The notes: generated by a model not told the origin, from the sequence alone. A stretch of 24,000 nucleotides of DNA from Candidatus Nanopelagicaceae bacterium (GCA_009694285.1 SHVK01000001.1:113944-137943); one strand, 5' to 3'. Shown: positions 1 through 11,289, counted from the first letter of the stretch. A program made the numbers and translations.

Positions 1-1
1 A

Positions 2-547
2 GGATTTGCAGGAATTGCAGCTGGTGCCATGTCTATGGCTACTGGCGAGTACGTCTCTGTTAGTTCGCAAACAGATATTGAAGATGCCGATCGCAAAATC
101 GAGGCAGACCACTTAGCTCTAGATCCAGATGGCGAGCTTGAAGAGTTAGCCGAAATTTATGTTGCGCGGGGATTAGCAAAAGAGTTAGCGCTGCAAGTTG
201 CTAAACAGATGCATGATCATGATGCGCTAGCCGCACATTTGCGAGATGAGCTCGGTCAACATCACAAGACCAGGGCTCGGCCCACTCAAGCAGCGCTAGC
301 GTCCGCGGCGGCATTCACATTAGGTGGATTAATTCCAATGCTAGGTATGTTCGCTCCAACTCCAAATGGGCGCACAACAACAATTGTGGCAATCACCTTA
401 ATTGGCCTGATAATTGCGGGGATTGCTGGGGCAAAGATTGCCGGAACTGGGGCTTTGCGCCCGACCGTTCGGATTTTGCTTGGGGGATCACTAGCAATGG
501 CAGTAACCGCTGGGATCGGTCAATTAGTACATATAACCATCTTGTAA
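2..547 (+). CDS. VIT1/CCC1-family (DUF125) iron/manganese transporter, C-terminal part; the 5' end lies outside the window
   Basis: The frame is open from the window edge (nt 2: GFAGIAAGAMSMATGEYVSVSSQ...), so ATG 29 is internal. It has the family motif GEYVSVSSQ, an acidic helical cytoplasmic segment and C-terminal TM helices. Stop TAA 545-547. Confidence 0.8.
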   Translation, partial: GFAGIAAGAMSMATGEYVSVSSQTDIEDADRKIEADHLALDPDGELEELAEIYVARGLAKELALQVAKQMHDHDALAAHLRDELGQHHKTRARPTQAALASAAAFTLGGLIPMLGMFAPTPNGRTTTIVAITLIGLIIAGIAGAKIAGTGALRPTVRILLGGSLAMAVTAGIGQLVHITIL

Positions 548-581
548 GGCTTGTAAGGCTTGTAAGGCTTGTAAGGCTTGT
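541..581. repeat. Perfect 9-bp tandem repeat CTTGTAAGG x4 plus a partial fifth copy (CTTGT)
   Basis: Read directly: copies at 541-549, 550-558, 559-567, 568-576, then 577-581. The first copy contains the TAA stop (545-547) of the VIT1 gene. The array lies 116-156 nt upstream of the gltB start. Confidence 0.95.
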
Positions 582-696
582 CATATTCTGGAAATCGCAC
601 GCTAGAGATATTCCGGCTATAATTTCCTTCTCGGGCCAGCGCTGTCCCGCTTCGGAAGCAGTTACTTAATAATCTAGAAGGACAGGCGCAAATTTA

Positions 697-3600
697 ATGG
701 CAAGCATGAAAAGCAAATTCTCAAATTTCCCATCAGCATCTGGGTTGTACAACCCTGAAAATGAGCGGGATTCTTGCGGCGTTGCAATGGTGGCCACCCT
801 TACTGGGAAAGCCACTCATGAAATTGTGGCGCAAGGGTTAACGGCGCTGCGTAACTTAGAGCATCGTGGTGCATCTGGTGCTGAAACGGATAGCGGCGAT
901 GGTGCTGGAATTCTAATTAAAATTCCGGATTTATTTTTGCGTGCCGTAACTGATTTTGATTTACCAGCCGCTGGCTCATATGCCGCGGGAATTGCATTTT
1001 TAGCATCTGATGCGCCGATAGCACGGATTGAAGAGATTGCAAAAGAAGAGGGTTTAAAAATTCTTGGGTGGCGCGACGTCCCAGTAAATTCTGCAATTCT
1101 TGGCAATACCGCAAAATCTGTAATGCCGATTTTTAGGCAACTCTTCGTCTCAGGTTTAAAAAATGAAAGTGAATTAGTTCTTGAACGCTTAGCATTTGCA
1201 CTTCGTAAAAGGGCAGAACATGAACTAGCTGTTTATTTTCCATCCCTATCTTCCAGAACCCTTGTCTATAAAGGAATGCTTACCACTGGGCAGTTAGAAG
1301 AGTTTTTTCCAGATTTGTCAGATGAGCGGTTGCACTCACCACTTGCGTTAGTGCACTCACGCTTTTCAACAAATACGTTCCCTTCATGGCCGCTTGCGCA
1401 TCCATATCGTTATATCGCGCATAACGGTGAAATCAATACAGTCAAAGGAAATCGAAATTGGATGAAGGCACGCGAAAGCTTGCTAGAAAGTGATCTCATT
1501 CCTGGTGATTTAAAACGGTTATTCCCGATTGTTGCCGAAGGTGGATCTGACTCTGCTTCATTTGATGAGGTACTAGAACTGTTATATCTAGGTGGTCGTT
1601 CGTTGCCACATGCAATGTTGATGATGATTCCTGAAGCGTGGGAAAATAACACAAATATCTCGCAACTAAGACGGGATTTCTATTCATTCCACTCGACATT
1701 GATAGAACCATGGGATGGACCTGCTTGTGTAACTTTTACTGACGGAAATCAAATTGGCGCTGTTTTAGATCGTAATGGGTTACGCCCATCTCGATATTGG
1801 GTGACAAAAGATGGATTAGTTGTATTAGCAAGTGAGGTTGGCGTATTAGATTTCAAACCAGAAGATGTTGTACGTAAAGGCAGATTGCAACCTGGTCGAA
1901 TGTTTCTGGTAGATATAGAACAAGGTAGAATTGTTGAAGATGAAGAGATTAAGGATGGCCTGGCAAACGCTGCTCCGTATGGAGAATGGTTACAAGCTGG
2001 GATGGTGCGATTAGAGGATTTACCAGCACGTGAACACATTATTTATCCACATTCATCCGTAGTTAGAAGGCAACGTGCATTCGGTTATACCGAAGAAGAG
2101 TTGCGGATAATTTTGGCGCCAATGGCAAAATCTGGACTTGAACCACTTGGATCAATGGGTTCTGATACCCCAATAGCTGTTTTGTCGAAACGGCCAAGAT
2201 TGCTTTTTGATTATTTTGCCCAAATTTTCGCTCAAGTGACAAATCCTCCACTTGATGCCATTCGTGAAGAATTAGTTACCAGTTTAGGCTCTTCACTTGG
2301 ACCTGAACAAAATCTTTTAGATCCAACAGCTGCTTCTTGTCGCCAGATTCAGCTGCCATTTCCGGTTATAGATAATGATGAGTTGGCAAAAATTATTCAC
2401 GTAAATGCGGATGGAAACCAAGCGGGATTCGCGTCTCATATCGTGCGTGGATTATTCCAAGTTTCAGAGGGTGGTGAAGGATTACGTGCCCGAATTGAAG
2501 AGATTAGACGTGAAGTTAGTGATGCAATAAAAGATGGTGCACACATTATTGTCCTTTCAGATCGTGATGGAGATTCTGAGAACGCTCCTATCCCTTCATT
2601 GCTGTTAACTTCAGCGATCCACCATCATTTAATTCGCGAAAAAACACGAACCCGAGTTGGATTAGTAATAGAAGCTGGGGATGTGCGCGAAGTTCACCAT
2701 GTTGCACTTTTGATTGGTTATGGAGCAGCAGCAGTTAATCCATACCTCGCGATGGAAAGCGTTGAAGATCTGGTACACCAAGGTGTGATTAGCGGAGTTA
2801 CCCCTGAAAAAGCGGTGCGGAACTTAATCAAGGCCCTTGGTAAGGGAGTCTTGAAAGTTATGTCAAAGATGGGAATCTCAACCATTGCCTCATATACCGG
2901 AGCTCAAGTTTTTGAAGCAGTCGGTTTATCGCATGAATTAGTCGATGAGTATTTCTCAGGAACCACTTCTCGTCTTGGTGGAATAGATCTTGAAACTGTC
3001 GCTGATGAAGCTATTGCTCGCCATCACATTGCCTATCCTCCAGGCGGTGAAATTCCTGGTGCTAAAAAACTTTTGACTGGCGGTGAGTATCAATGGAGAA
3101 GAGATGGAGAGCCGCACCTTTTCGATCCAGAAACCGTCTTCTTATTGCAACACTCAACCCGAAATAAACAGTATGAACTATTCAAGAAATACACGACGAA
3201 AGTTGATGTACGCACTAAAGATTTAATGACTCTGCGCGGACTATTTACATTTAAGAGTTCAAACAAAACTGCTATTTCAATCAATGAAGTGGAGCCAATT
3301 TCAGAGATTGTAAAGAGATTCTCAACCGGTGCGATGTCTTATGGTTCGATCTCCCAAGAAGCCCACGAGACATTAGCAATTGCGATGAATAGATTAGGTG
3401 GAAAGTCCAATACTGGTGAAGGTGGAGAAGACCCAGATCGCTATCTTAAAATTGCAAATGGTGACTCAAAGAGATCTGCAATTAAGCAGGTCGCCAGTGG
3501 TCGTTTTGGTGTGACAAGTGAATACCTTGTTAACGCTGATGATATTCAGATCAAGATGGCGCAAGGAGCCAAGCCAGGCGAGGGCGGACAGTTGCCTGGT

Positions 3601-5217
3601 CAAAAAGTTTATCCGTGGATCGCAAAAACCAGATATTCAACTCCTGGAGTTGGGTTAATTTCACCTCCGCCTCACCATGACATTTACTCAATTGAAGATT
3701 TAGCTCAATTAATTCACGACTTAAAAAATGCAAATGACAAGGCACGCATTCACGTGAAATTAGTTGCTGAAGTTGGAGTAGGTACCGTTGCTGCTGGAGT
3801 TAGTAAAGCTCATGCTGACGTTGTCTTAATCTCTGGCCATGATGGTGGAACTGGAGCATCTCCGCTGACATCTTTGAAACATGCAGGAGCACCATGGGAG
3901 TTAGGACTTGCCGAAACTCAACAAACTTTGATGTTAAATGGTTTGCGTGATCGGATTGTGGTTCAGGCAGATGGACAACTTAAAACTGGGCGCGATGTTG
4001 TTATTGCGGCATTGCTGGGTGCTGAAGAGTATGGCTTTGCGACTGCTCCATTAGTAGTTTCAGGGTGCGTAATGATGCGCGTATGTCACCTTGATACTTG
4101 CCCAGTCGGAGTTGCAACCCAAAATCCAAAATTGCGTGAAAAATTCAATGGTAAGCCAGAGTTTGTGGAAACATTCTTTGAATACATTGCCGAAGAGGTC
4201 CGTGAAATATTGGCATCCTTAGGTTTTAGAACGCTGAAAGAAGCAATTGGCCAAGTTGAAGCGCTTGAAACCAAAGCTGCTGTTGATCATTGGAAAGCCA
4301 GTGGATTAGACCTTTCACCACTACTTGCTGATGTACCAGCAGGTCCAAGATTAAGTTCCATCACTCAGGATCACGGCTTGAATAAAGCGCTGGATAAAGA
4401 GTTAATTAAATTAGCAGCACCGGCTCTCGAAGACGCAACACCAGTTCGGATCGAGATGGCGGTTAGAAATGTTAACCGCACAGTTGGAACGATGCTGGGC
4501 TCTGAAATCACGCGACGTTTTGGTGGCGCGGGATTGCCAGAGGGAACCATCGATATCTCACTTCATGGTTCTGCTGGACAATCACTTGGAGCATTTATTC
4601 CAAAAGGATTATCAATCCGCCTATATGGTGACGCAAATGATTATGTAGGCAAAGGGTTATCTGGTGGCAAAATTGTTGTTCGTCCAGACGAGAAAGCAAC
4701 TTTTGCAGCAAATGAGAATGTAATCGCAGGTAACGTAATTGGATACGGAGCAACGTTCGGCGAAATTTTCATTAGCGGAGTTGTTGGTGAGCGATTCTGT
4801 GTTCGGAACTCAGGTGCTACTGCTGTTGTTGAAGGCGTTGGAGATCACGCATGTGAGTACATGACTGGTGGATCTGTTGTAATTTTAGGAAAAACTGGTC
4901 GAAATATTGCAGCAGGTATGTCTGGTGGAAGAATATTTATTCTTGATTTAAATCCAGCTCTAGTTAATGGCGAGATGGTGGATGTGCTTGTGATGCCTGA
5001 GGCACAAAAAGAATTAGTGCATAAAATTATTTCAAACCACTTTGTCGAAACTGGCTCATTAGTTGCGAAAGAGTTATTGGATGATTGGAAATCTGGAAGT
5101 GATCGCATCTCTATGGTGATGCCAAGAGATTACGCTCGCGTGCTTGCCGCCATGGATCGTGCGGAAGCTGAAGGATTGCCACGCGAAACTTATGTAATGG
5201 AGGCAACTCATGGCTAA
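697..5217 (+). CDS. gltB: Glutamate synthase (GOGAT) large subunit
   Basis: 1506 aa. Ntn-amidotransferase Cys follows a short propeptide ([11 protein letters not shown]). FMN/Fe-S core motifs are present ([27 protein letters not shown]), as is the C-terminal GXGXG beta-helix region. SD-like GAAGGA at 677-682. Confidence 0.97.
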   Translation: MASMKSKFSNFPSASGLYNPENERDSCGVAMVATLTGKATHEIVAQGLTALRNLEHRGASGAETDSGDGAGILIKIPDLFLRAVTDFDLPAAGSYAAGIAFLASDAPIARIEEIAKEEGLKILGWRDVPVNSAILGNTAKSVMPIFRQLFVSGLKNESELVLERLAFALRKRAEHELAVYFPSLSSRTLVYKGMLTTGQLEEFFPDLSDERLHSPLALVHSRFSTNTFPSWPLAHPYRYIAHNGEINTVKGNRNWMKARESLLESDLIPGDLKRLFPIVAEGGSDSASFDEVLELLYLGGRSLPHAMLMMIPEAWENNTNISQLRRDFYSFHSTLIEPWDGPACVTFTDGNQIGAVLDRNGLRPSRYWVTKDGLVVLASEVGVLDFKPEDVVRKGRLQPGRMFLVDIEQGRIVEDEEIKDGLANAAPYGEWLQAGMVRLEDLPAREHIIYPHSSVVRRQRAFGYTEEELRIILAPMAKSGLEPLGSMGSDTPIAVLSKRPRLLFDYFAQIFAQVTNPPLDAIREELVTSLGSSLGPEQNLLDPTAASCRQIQLPFPVIDNDELAKIIHVNADGNQAGFASHIVRGLFQVSEGGEGLRARIEEIRREVSDAIKDGAHIIVLSDRDGDSENAPIPSLLLTSAIHHHLIREKTRTRVGLVIEAGDVREVHHVALLIGYGAAAVNPYLAMESVEDLVHQGVISGVTPEKAVRNLIKALGKGVLKVMSKMGISTIASYTGAQVFEAVGLSHELVDEYFSGTTSRLGGIDLETVADEAIARHHIAYPPGGEIPGAKKLLTGGEYQWRRDGEPHLFDPETVFLLQHSTRNKQYELFKKYTTKVDVRTKDLMTLRGLFTFKSSNKTAISINEVEPISEIVKRFSTGAMSYGSISQEAHETLAIAMNRLGGKSNTGEGGEDPDRYLKIANGDSKRSAIKQVASGRFGVTSEYLVNADDIQIKMAQGAKPGEGGQLPGQKVYPWIAKTRYSTPGVGLISPPPHHDIYSIEDLAQLIHDLKNANDKARIHVKLVAEVGVGTVAAGVSKAHADVVLISGHDGGTGASPLTSLKHAGAPWELGLAETQQTLMLNGLRDRIVVQADGQLKTGRDVVIAALLGAEEYGFATAPLVVSGCVMMRVCHLDTCPVGVATQNPKLREKFNGKPEFVETFFEYIAEEVREILASLGFRTLKEAIGQVEALETKAAVDHWKASGLDLSPLLADVPAGPRLSSITQDHGLNKALDKELIKLAAPALEDATPVRIEMAVRNVNRTVGTMLGSEITRRFGGAGLPEGTIDISLHGSAGQSLGAFIPKGLSIRLYGDANDYVGKGLSGGKIVVRPDEKATFAANENVIAGNVIGYGATFGEIFISGVVGERFCVRNSGATAVVEGVGDHACEYMTGGSVVILGKTGRNIAAGMSGGRIFILDLNPALVNGEMVDVLVMPEAQKELVHKIISNHFVETGSLVAKELLDDWKSGSDRISMVMPRDYARVLAAMDRAEAEGLPRETYVMEATHG

Positions 5218-6667
5218 TCCAACTGGTTTCATGAAAACCGAGCGGGAAACACCAACTAGACGTCCAGTTGATGTTCGGATTCGGGATTGGAAAGAGGTTT
5301 ACGAAGAGCAACCTTTTGAAGATTTGCAAAAACAAGCTGGCCGTTGCATGGATTGCGGTATTCCGTTTTGTCACCAAGGCTGCCCGCTCGGAAATCTAAT
5401 TCCAGAGTGGAATGATTTGATTTGGCGTGGAGAAAAAGAAGAAGCAATTGAACGATTGCATGCAACTAATAATTTTCCAGAATTTACCGGCAGGCTATGT
5501 CCGGCACCTTGCGAAACTGCTTGCGTAGTAGCAATCAATTCGGATGCAGTAACGATTAAGCAGGTAGAACTAAGAACGATTGAGGAAGCATTCGGTAGTG
5601 GATCAGTTAAACCGCTGATTCCAGATCGCCTAACCGGTAAAACGGTTGCAGTTGTTGGATCAGGTCCTGCAGGATTGGCAGCCGCGCAGCAACTAACTCG
5701 CGCTGGCCATACAGTCGCAGTTTATGAGCGGGCTGAGAAGATCGGCGGATTACTTCGTTATGGAATCCCTGAGTTTAAGATGGAGAAAAGTATTGTGGAT
5801 CGGCGTCTGGATCAGATGAAAGCCGAAGGAACCAGATTTAGACCTGGCGTTGATGTTGGTGTTGAGATAACTGGATCAGATCTACGCACTAAATATGACG
5901 CGGTAGTTCTTGCTATTGGTGCAACTAATTGGCGCGACCTTCCAGTACCAGGACGTGAATTAAATGGAATTCATCAAGCCATGGAATACCTACCTTGGGG
6001 CAACAAACAGGGGTTAGCTGAATTAAGTGGACCACCTCCAATAAATGCAAATGGAAAACATGTTGTAATTTTGGGTGGAGGAGATACTGGCGCGGATTGT
6101 TTAGGCACTGCGATCCGCCAAGGAGCGGCCACTCTTACCCAACTTGAGATTATGCCGCGCCCAACAGGGGAGCGACCATCTTCACAACCTTGGCCGACTT
6201 ATCCAATGATTTACCGGGTATCTAGTGCACATGAAGAATCAGGTGAGCGCTTATTTGCAGTTTCAACTGAATCTTTCCTTGGTGATGAAAATGGAAATGT
6301 AAAAGCATTACGTCTGGTCGAAACAGAGTTCAAAAACGGAAAATTTGAAAAAGTCGAAGGATCTGAAAAAGAGATTCCAGCTGATTTAGTTCTTCTTGCA
6401 ATGGGATTCACTGGAGTAGAAAAATCTCCTTTAGTAACTCAATTAGAAGTTGAATTAGATGACCGTGGCAATATTGCCCGTAATGAGAATTTTGAAAGCA
6501 CTTCTGAAGGTGTTTACGTTTGCGGTGATGCTGGGCGTGGTCAATCACTCATAGTTTGGGCTATTGCTGAAGGTCGTGCGGCAGCTGCAGCAGTTGATCG
6601 ATCCTTAATGGGACGTACGCAATTACCTGCACCGATTGAGCCTACGGATCGATCTTTAACTGTTTAA
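5210..6667 (+). CDS. gltD: Glutamate synthase small subunit (NAD(P)H-dependent)
   Basis: 485 aa. N-terminal Cys clusters ([17 protein letters not shown]; CPAPCETAC) and two dinucleotide-binding motifs ([14 protein letters not shown]; [13 protein letters not shown]). 8-nt overlap with gltB. Confidence 0.96.
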   Translation: MANPTGFMKTERETPTRRPVDVRIRDWKEVYEEQPFEDLQKQAGRCMDCGIPFCHQGCPLGNLIPEWNDLIWRGEKEEAIERLHATNNFPEFTGRLCPAPCETACVVAINSDAVTIKQVELRTIEEAFGSGSVKPLIPDRLTGKTVAVVGSGPAGLAAAQQLTRAGHTVAVYERAEKIGGLLRYGIPEFKMEKSIVDRRLDQMKAEGTRFRPGVDVGVEITGSDLRTKYDAVVLAIGATNWRDLPVPGRELNGIHQAMEYLPWGNKQGLAELSGPPPINANGKHVVILGGGDTGADCLGTAIRQGAATLTQLEIMPRPTGERPSSQPWPTYPMIYRVSSAHEESGERLFAVSTESFLGDENGNVKALRLVETEFKNGKFEKVEGSEKEIPADLVLLAMGFTGVEKSPLVTQLEVELDDRGNIARNENFESTSEGVYVCGDAGRGQSLIVWAIAEGRAAAAAVDRSLMGRTQLPAPIEPTDRSLTV

Positions 6668-6731
6668 CTGAATTTAACTCTTTTGAGCAATTTTCATCAA
6701 TGAGGCACTAGTAAAGAAGTAGAATTGTCTC

Positions 6732-8171
6732 ATGCGTCGAGCCAAAATAGTTTGTACTTTAGGACCGGCCACTGGTGATGCTGCAATGATCGATCGGATG
6801 ATCGCTGCTGGAATGAATATGGCGCGGCTGAACCTGTCACATGGGGCCCGTAAAGATCATGAAAAGACTTTCGAAATGGTACGACAAGCTGCATTAAAAG
6901 CCGATGTCGCGGTCGCCATTGTTGTTGATCTGCAAGGACCAAAGATTAGGTTAGGTAAATTCAAAAATGGTTCCCATGAAATTACAAAAGGTGCGAAGTT
7001 CACAATCACTACCGAAGCTATCGAAGGAGATGAAAATATCTCCTCTACAACATATTTGGGATTACCAGGGGATTGCAAAGTTGGCGATCGGATATTGATT
7101 GATGATGGACGAGTGGCTTTAGAAGTAACTTCTGTCAAAGCACCAAAAATAGAAACTGTTGTTATTGAAGGTGGGATGGTAAGTAACAATAAAGGCTTAA
7201 ATTTGCCAGGTGCTGCGGTATCCGTGCCGGCGCTTTCTGAAAAAGATGAAGAGGATTTGAAATGGGCGATTGAGATGGGTGCTGATTTTATTGCACTCTC
7301 GTTTGTTCGCGATGCAGCAGATATTAAACGCGTGCATCAAATCATGGATAGTGCTGGAGTTCGGATACCGGTAATTGCAAAAATTGAAAAACCCCAAGCA
7401 GTCGCAAATTTGGAAGAGATAGTTGCAGCATTTGATGCAATCATGGTTGCGCGTGGTGATTTGGGAGTAGAACTTCCGATGGAAGAAGTTCCATTGGTTC
7501 AGAAACGTTGCATTACTCTTGCCCGTGAAAATGCAAAACCTGTAATTGTTGCGACTCAGATGCTTGATTCAATGATGACAAATTCTCGTCCAACACGTGC
7601 TGAAGTAAATGATTGCGCCAATGCGGTACTAGATGGCGCAGATGCTTTAATGCTTTCTGGTGAAACAAGTGTTGGAAAATTCCCGATTGAAAGTATTGAG
7701 ATGATGGCCAGAATCATCGCTAAAACTGAAGAAGAAGCTTTGGATACGGTTGCTCCACTCCGTCATAATCCACATACAACCGCCGGTGCAATTACAAAGG
7801 CGGCTGCCGAAGTCGGCGAAGTGGTTGGCGCAAAATTCTTAGTTGCTTTTACTCAAAGTGGAGATTCGGCAAGAAGAATGTCGCGTTTACGTTCTGCGAT
7901 CCCTATGTTGGCGCTTACTCCTGATGTGCGCACCTCTCGCGTTCTGGCACTTAGTTGGGGAGTTGAATCGATCGTGATTCCACCTGCGAGCCATACTGAT
8001 GAAATGGTCAAGCAGATCGATAGCAAATTGATTGAGAGCAAGAGAGCAAACATAGGCGATTTCATTTTGATTGTGGCCGGAAGTCCTCCTGGAATACCGG
8101 GCTCAACTAACGCCATGCGGGTTCATCGAGTCGGGGATGCTGTTGCGGGAGTTGTACCTGCTTATCGTTGA
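6732..8171 (+). CDS. pyk: Pyruvate kinase
   Basis: 479 aa. Canonical N-terminus MRRAKIVCTLGPA, the MVARGDLGVE motif and a C-terminal regulatory domain. Confidence 0.96.
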   Translation: MRRAKIVCTLGPATGDAAMIDRMIAAGMNMARLNLSHGARKDHEKTFEMVRQAALKADVAVAIVVDLQGPKIRLGKFKNGSHEITKGAKFTITTEAIEGDENISSTTYLGLPGDCKVGDRILIDDGRVALEVTSVKAPKIETVVIEGGMVSNNKGLNLPGAAVSVPALSEKDEEDLKWAIEMGADFIALSFVRDAADIKRVHQIMDSAGVRIPVIAKIEKPQAVANLEEIVAAFDAIMVARGDLGVELPMEEVPLVQKRCITLARENAKPVIVATQMLDSMMTNSRPTRAEVNDCANAVLDGADALMLSGETSVGKFPIESIEMMARIIAKTEEEALDTVAPLRHNPHTTAGAITKAAAEVGEVVGAKFLVAFTQSGDSARRMSRLRSAIPMLALTPDVRTSRVLALSWGVESIVIPPASHTDEMVKQIDSKLIESKRANIGDFILIVAGSPPGIPGSTNAMRVHRVGDAVAGVVPAYR

Positions 8172-8223
8172 GATTAAGTCCTAGACTTAGACGTAGTAGC
8201 GCGGGAGTTGTACGGGGAGCCAA

Positions 8224-9906
8224 ATGAGAAATAGCATGAAAATAATTTGTGCACTTCTGCTCTCATTTAGCATTATTGGATCTGCTATTGGTGAAAGTAT
8301 TCCCGCTCATTCTTCAACCTCGGGACTACCAAGCACGTGGCCGACAGTTCCTTCAATAGGATTTTCAGCGAGTGATGACAGCTTGATAGAAACAAGGTCA
8401 TATGTGACCGGATTTTCTTATGCGGAAGGCGCCACTAGTGGCCTCTACGCACGCACGGTTGTATGCACTTCTGTCGACGATGTTGCATGTGCCAGTGCAG
8501 ATTCCATCTTTGCGCAACTGATCCTGCCGCCATGTTCGGCTTCCGTGACTGAAATGTGCGTTGAATCTTTAGAGGTTTCAGATACAAAAGGCGTATTGAA
8601 AAAGGCAACATACGGTTATGAATTGCCAGGGCAGAAGTATCCAGCGAGCAAAGTTCGAAATTCACCGGCTGGTGGTACACCAAGTGTATGGAACGCTAAG
8701 GAATCGCCTAACTCATCTGGGTCGGATACATATGCAGTCGTTGTTAGCACAACTTTTCAGAACTATCAGAATAAAGGCTGCACTCAGTTCGTAACTGCAC
8801 CCTGTGCTTTTAATCGAGGATTCAGGGCCAGGGTGTATCCGATTAATCTAGTTTCGAACACTGGAGCAAACTCAAATTGCCTATGGTACGAAGGTCAAAA
8901 GTGTGCCCAGAAAGTTGATTTTTCTCCCGTAGCGCGCGCAGCCCTTACGGTGCGAATCGATAATTTGCTAACCGGTTTTCTTTTTGGACGAATTAAAAAT
9001 GTGAACCTAGATTTAACTCCACTCTCACCTTCGACAAATTTACTTAGAGTTGAAGCTGATCCGATTGATGTTCCTAAAATTTATGCCTACGTAGCCAAAA
9101 GTGATTTAAGCAGGTATCCGAAAATCGTGGAGTATTGGAAAGATCGCAGGAAACAGTTAGCCGAAAGCGATTTCACTAGTAAGGACACTGTAGATACCGG
9201 TCCCTCCCCAGAATGGGCAATGGGTGATTTTCAGGCTTTCGAAGATCTGGTTAAGTCAGGTCCACTCGTGAGTTCGATCTGGCGATTTGGCACGCAAACA
9301 GGAACTGGATCTGCATCTGGCAGTAAATGCTTTGACGATAAAAGCAAACTACAAGGTTTAGTCACCACGAATGCACCTACTTATTTTCCGAATCCACCTG
9401 AATTTGTGAATGGCGAATTAACCTACAAAGTAGCAGGGGCGCACCACTTAGCGGATGGTGTGACCTTATTCAAGGGTTTGTACGATCTAGTGCTACGCAG
9501 TGATTTTGCCCGATGCTTATATGGTTTCTCGAATGCACCGATTAGTGCAAAAATTTCAGTTGTTTCCACAGATGGTTCTACGCAAGATATTGCGACCGAA
9601 TCATTGCGGGAGGATGCAGCTCGTCAATGGCTCTATCTCAGTGCTAAGAATTTCACTTTTTCCTCACCAACTATTAAAGTGAAATTGGTGCAGGATAAAC
9701 CTTTGGTTGCGGTTAAAGAAGTGAGTCCAGTGGTACCTGAAAAAGTAGCACCTAAGCAAGAAGCTGCAGCAACAAATACGACAACTGCTGCGCCAGTTGA
9801 GGTAAAGAAAATTGTTATTAAATCGATTAGCTGTGCAAAAGGAAAGATTATCCGAAAAATAAGCGGCACAAATCCAAAATGTCCTGCTGGATTCAAGAAA
9901 AAGTAA
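8224..9906 (+). CDS. Secreted Cys-rich protein of unknown function, with an Ala/Pro/Thr/Glu linker and a basic C-terminal Cys-x16-Cys tail
   Basis: 560 aa. Signal peptide MRNSMKIICALLLSFSIIGSAIG|ES. 14 Cys, mostly in closely spaced pairs. Low-complexity linker PVVPEKVAPKQEAAATNTTTAAPVEV. Tail KSISCAKGKIIRKISGTNPKCPAGFKKK. I recognise no enzymatic motif. Confidence 0.7.
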   Translation: MRNSMKIICALLLSFSIIGSAIGESIPAHSSTSGLPSTWPTVPSIGFSASDDSLIETRSYVTGFSYAEGATSGLYARTVVCTSVDDVACASADSIFAQLILPPCSASVTEMCVESLEVSDTKGVLKKATYGYELPGQKYPASKVRNSPAGGTPSVWNAKESPNSSGSDTYAVVVSTTFQNYQNKGCTQFVTAPCAFNRGFRARVYPINLVSNTGANSNCLWYEGQKCAQKVDFSPVARAALTVRIDNLLTGFLFGRIKNVNLDLTPLSPSTNLLRVEADPIDVPKIYAYVAKSDLSRYPKIVEYWKDRRKQLAESDFTSKDTVDTGPSPEWAMGDFQAFEDLVKSGPLVSSIWRFGTQTGTGSASGSKCFDDKSKLQGLVTTNAPTYFPNPPEFVNGELTYKVAGAHHLADGVTLFKGLYDLVLRSDFARCLYGFSNAPISAKISVVSTDGSTQDIATESLREDAARQWLYLSAKNFTFSSPTIKVKLVQDKPLVAVKEVSPVVPEKVAPKQEAAATNTTTAAPVEVKKIVIKSISCAKGKIIRKISGTNPKCPAGFKKK

Positions 9907-9947
9907 GAACTTCTGCACTTTCCTGAATACTTTGGCACAATTGCGTC

Positions 9948-10664
9948 ATGTCATTAATAATTGTCACTGGGGGCTCGCGCGGACTTGGCTATGAATCTGC
10001 CAAAGCGTTGCGAGCCCAAGGACATCAACTTGTTTTAGTCGCTAAAGATAAAGATCGATTAGTCGAAGCAGCGGCGCAATTAGATTGTGAATATAGAGCG
10101 GTTGATTTAGCAGATTTAGATGCAGCCAAGAGAACGTTCGAAGAGATATTAGGTAGCTTTGGTGTACCAGAGATTTTAATATTGGCGCACGGAGTCATGA
10201 GTGCAAAAATGTCAAAGACTTTAAAGAGTGACAATGAAGAGTGGCGTCGAGTTCTGGCCATTAATCTTGATTCCGTATTTTGCGCTGTGAATACCTTGGC
10301 GGCACCAATGGCTGAAGCGCGAAATGGACGAGTAGTTATTTTCTCTGCTTGTTTAGGCCGGATGTCTGGACCAGGAAATGCGGGAGGGTTAGCTCCTTAT
10401 CGAATTAGCAAAGCAGGAGTAAATGCATTAGTCCGAAATTTGGCACATGAAACTGGATTGGGGCGTCGAGGGTTTCTAGTTGATGCCGTGTGCCCCAACC
10501 ATTCACGAACGGATATGGGCGGACCAGATGCCCCACTATCGGCAGAGGAAGGAGCTCGCACTGCGCTGTGGTTGGCTACGCGAAACTTTGACCTGAATGG
10601 ATCATCTGATCAAGAGAAATTAACAGGGGTGCTTTGGGAAGAGATGAATGTAGTTCCTTGGTGA
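9948..10664 (+). CDS. Short-chain dehydrogenase/reductase (SDR) family oxidoreductase
   Basis: 238 aa. Cofactor motif TGGSRGLG at the N-terminus and catalytic YxxxK (YRISK). Substrate unknown. Confidence 0.85.
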   Translation: MSLIIVTGGSRGLGYESAKALRAQGHQLVLVAKDKDRLVEAAAQLDCEYRAVDLADLDAAKRTFEEILGSFGVPEILILAHGVMSAKMSKTLKSDNEEWRRVLAINLDSVFCAVNTLAAPMAEARNGRVVIFSACLGRMSGPGNAGGLAPYRISKAGVNALVRNLAHETGLGRRGFLVDAVCPNHSRTDMGGPDAPLSAEEGARTALWLATRNFDLNGSSDQEKLTGVLWEEMNVVPW

Positions 10665-10751
10665 TTTTGAGGTCGCACTTTTCATATTTTGAATTAAAAT
10701 AAGACAGTGGCGAATTTTTTGCCTCTTACTTAATCAGAAAATGGTGTTTTC

Positions 10752-11126
10752 ATGGATGAAAAGAAATTACTCTCACTTTGGAACAAAATGCGTTCGCACA
10801 TAATTGCGGCGCAATTCGGTCCAACATTGATGCTTGTTGCTATTTTTGTTGTGGCAAGTTTTGGGAAGTTTCAAATGGCTTCAGATGGAATAAAGTATTT
10901 CACCCTTGGAGTGGCAGCCGCTACAGGAATTCTTGCACTCATCAGCCAGTATGCAGCGATTCGTGAAGCAGAAGCACTTGTTGTTGATCTACAAAAGCTC
11001 GATAAGCCATCAGCATTGGCAAAAAAGGTTGGACAGTCAACATCTTTCCTACAATTAACAGCAGTAGCAATTGTTGCCATGGGTATTGGAACATTTGGCT
11101 TAGCCGCTTGGGCAGTTCTAGGTTAA
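10752..11126 (+). CDS. Hypothetical integral membrane protein (about 3 TM helices)
   Basis: 124 aa. Hydrophobic stretches LMLVAIFVVASF, LGVAAATGILALISQYAAI and LQLTAVAIVAMGIGTFGLAAWAVL. No recognisable family. Confidence 0.55.
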   Translation: MDEKKLLSLWNKMRSHIIAAQFGPTLMLVAIFVVASFGKFQMASDGIKYFTLGVAAATGILALISQYAAIREAEALVVDLQKLDKPSALAKKVGQSTSFLQLTAVAIVAMGIGTFGLAAWAVLG

Positions 11127-11128
11127 AT

Positions 11129-11254
11129 ATGAAAGGCCTTTTAGTTGCAGTAGTTATTTTCACCGTAATTATTGCTTTATTAATCATCAGCTACGAGGCT
11201 CCAGCGCGAAGTAAAAAAAAGTTATCGGGTCGTGGCGGGGATTTTGAAAGTTAA
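11129..11254 (+). CDS. Possible 41-aa single-pass membrane mini-protein (not in the supplied ORF track)
   Basis: ATG at 11129 lies 2 nt after the previous stop. Translation: MKGLLVAVVIFTVIIALLIISYEAPARSKKKLSGRGGDFES*, one TM helix plus a basic tail. Support is limited to ORF shape and tight spacing. Confidence 0.3.
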   Translation: MKGLLVAVVIFTVIIALLIISYEAPARSKKKLSGRGGDFES

Positions 11255-11289
11255 GCCCTGCCTCGACGCACATTAAATTTTTACAACGT

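Noticed and set aside
541-581. GlnR-box interpretation of the 9-bp repeat upstream of gltB
   Set aside because: As I recall them, actinobacterial GlnR boxes are gTnAc-n6-GaAAc with an 11-nt period. The GTAAG units here recur every 9 nt and lack the GAAAC half-site.
393-584. 63-aa minus-strand ORF beginning MTSLTSLTSLTSLT
   Set aside because: Its repetitive N-terminus is simply the reverse translation of the 9-bp tandem repeat. The rest is antisense to the well-supported VIT1 gene. No independent coding evidence.
816-5377. Numerous 60-100-aa minus-strand ORFs inside gltB, with similar ones inside gltD, pyk, the 560-aa gene and the liv genes
   Set aside because: All lie antisense or out of frame within long genes that have strong family signatures. 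They have no motifs and no translation signals.
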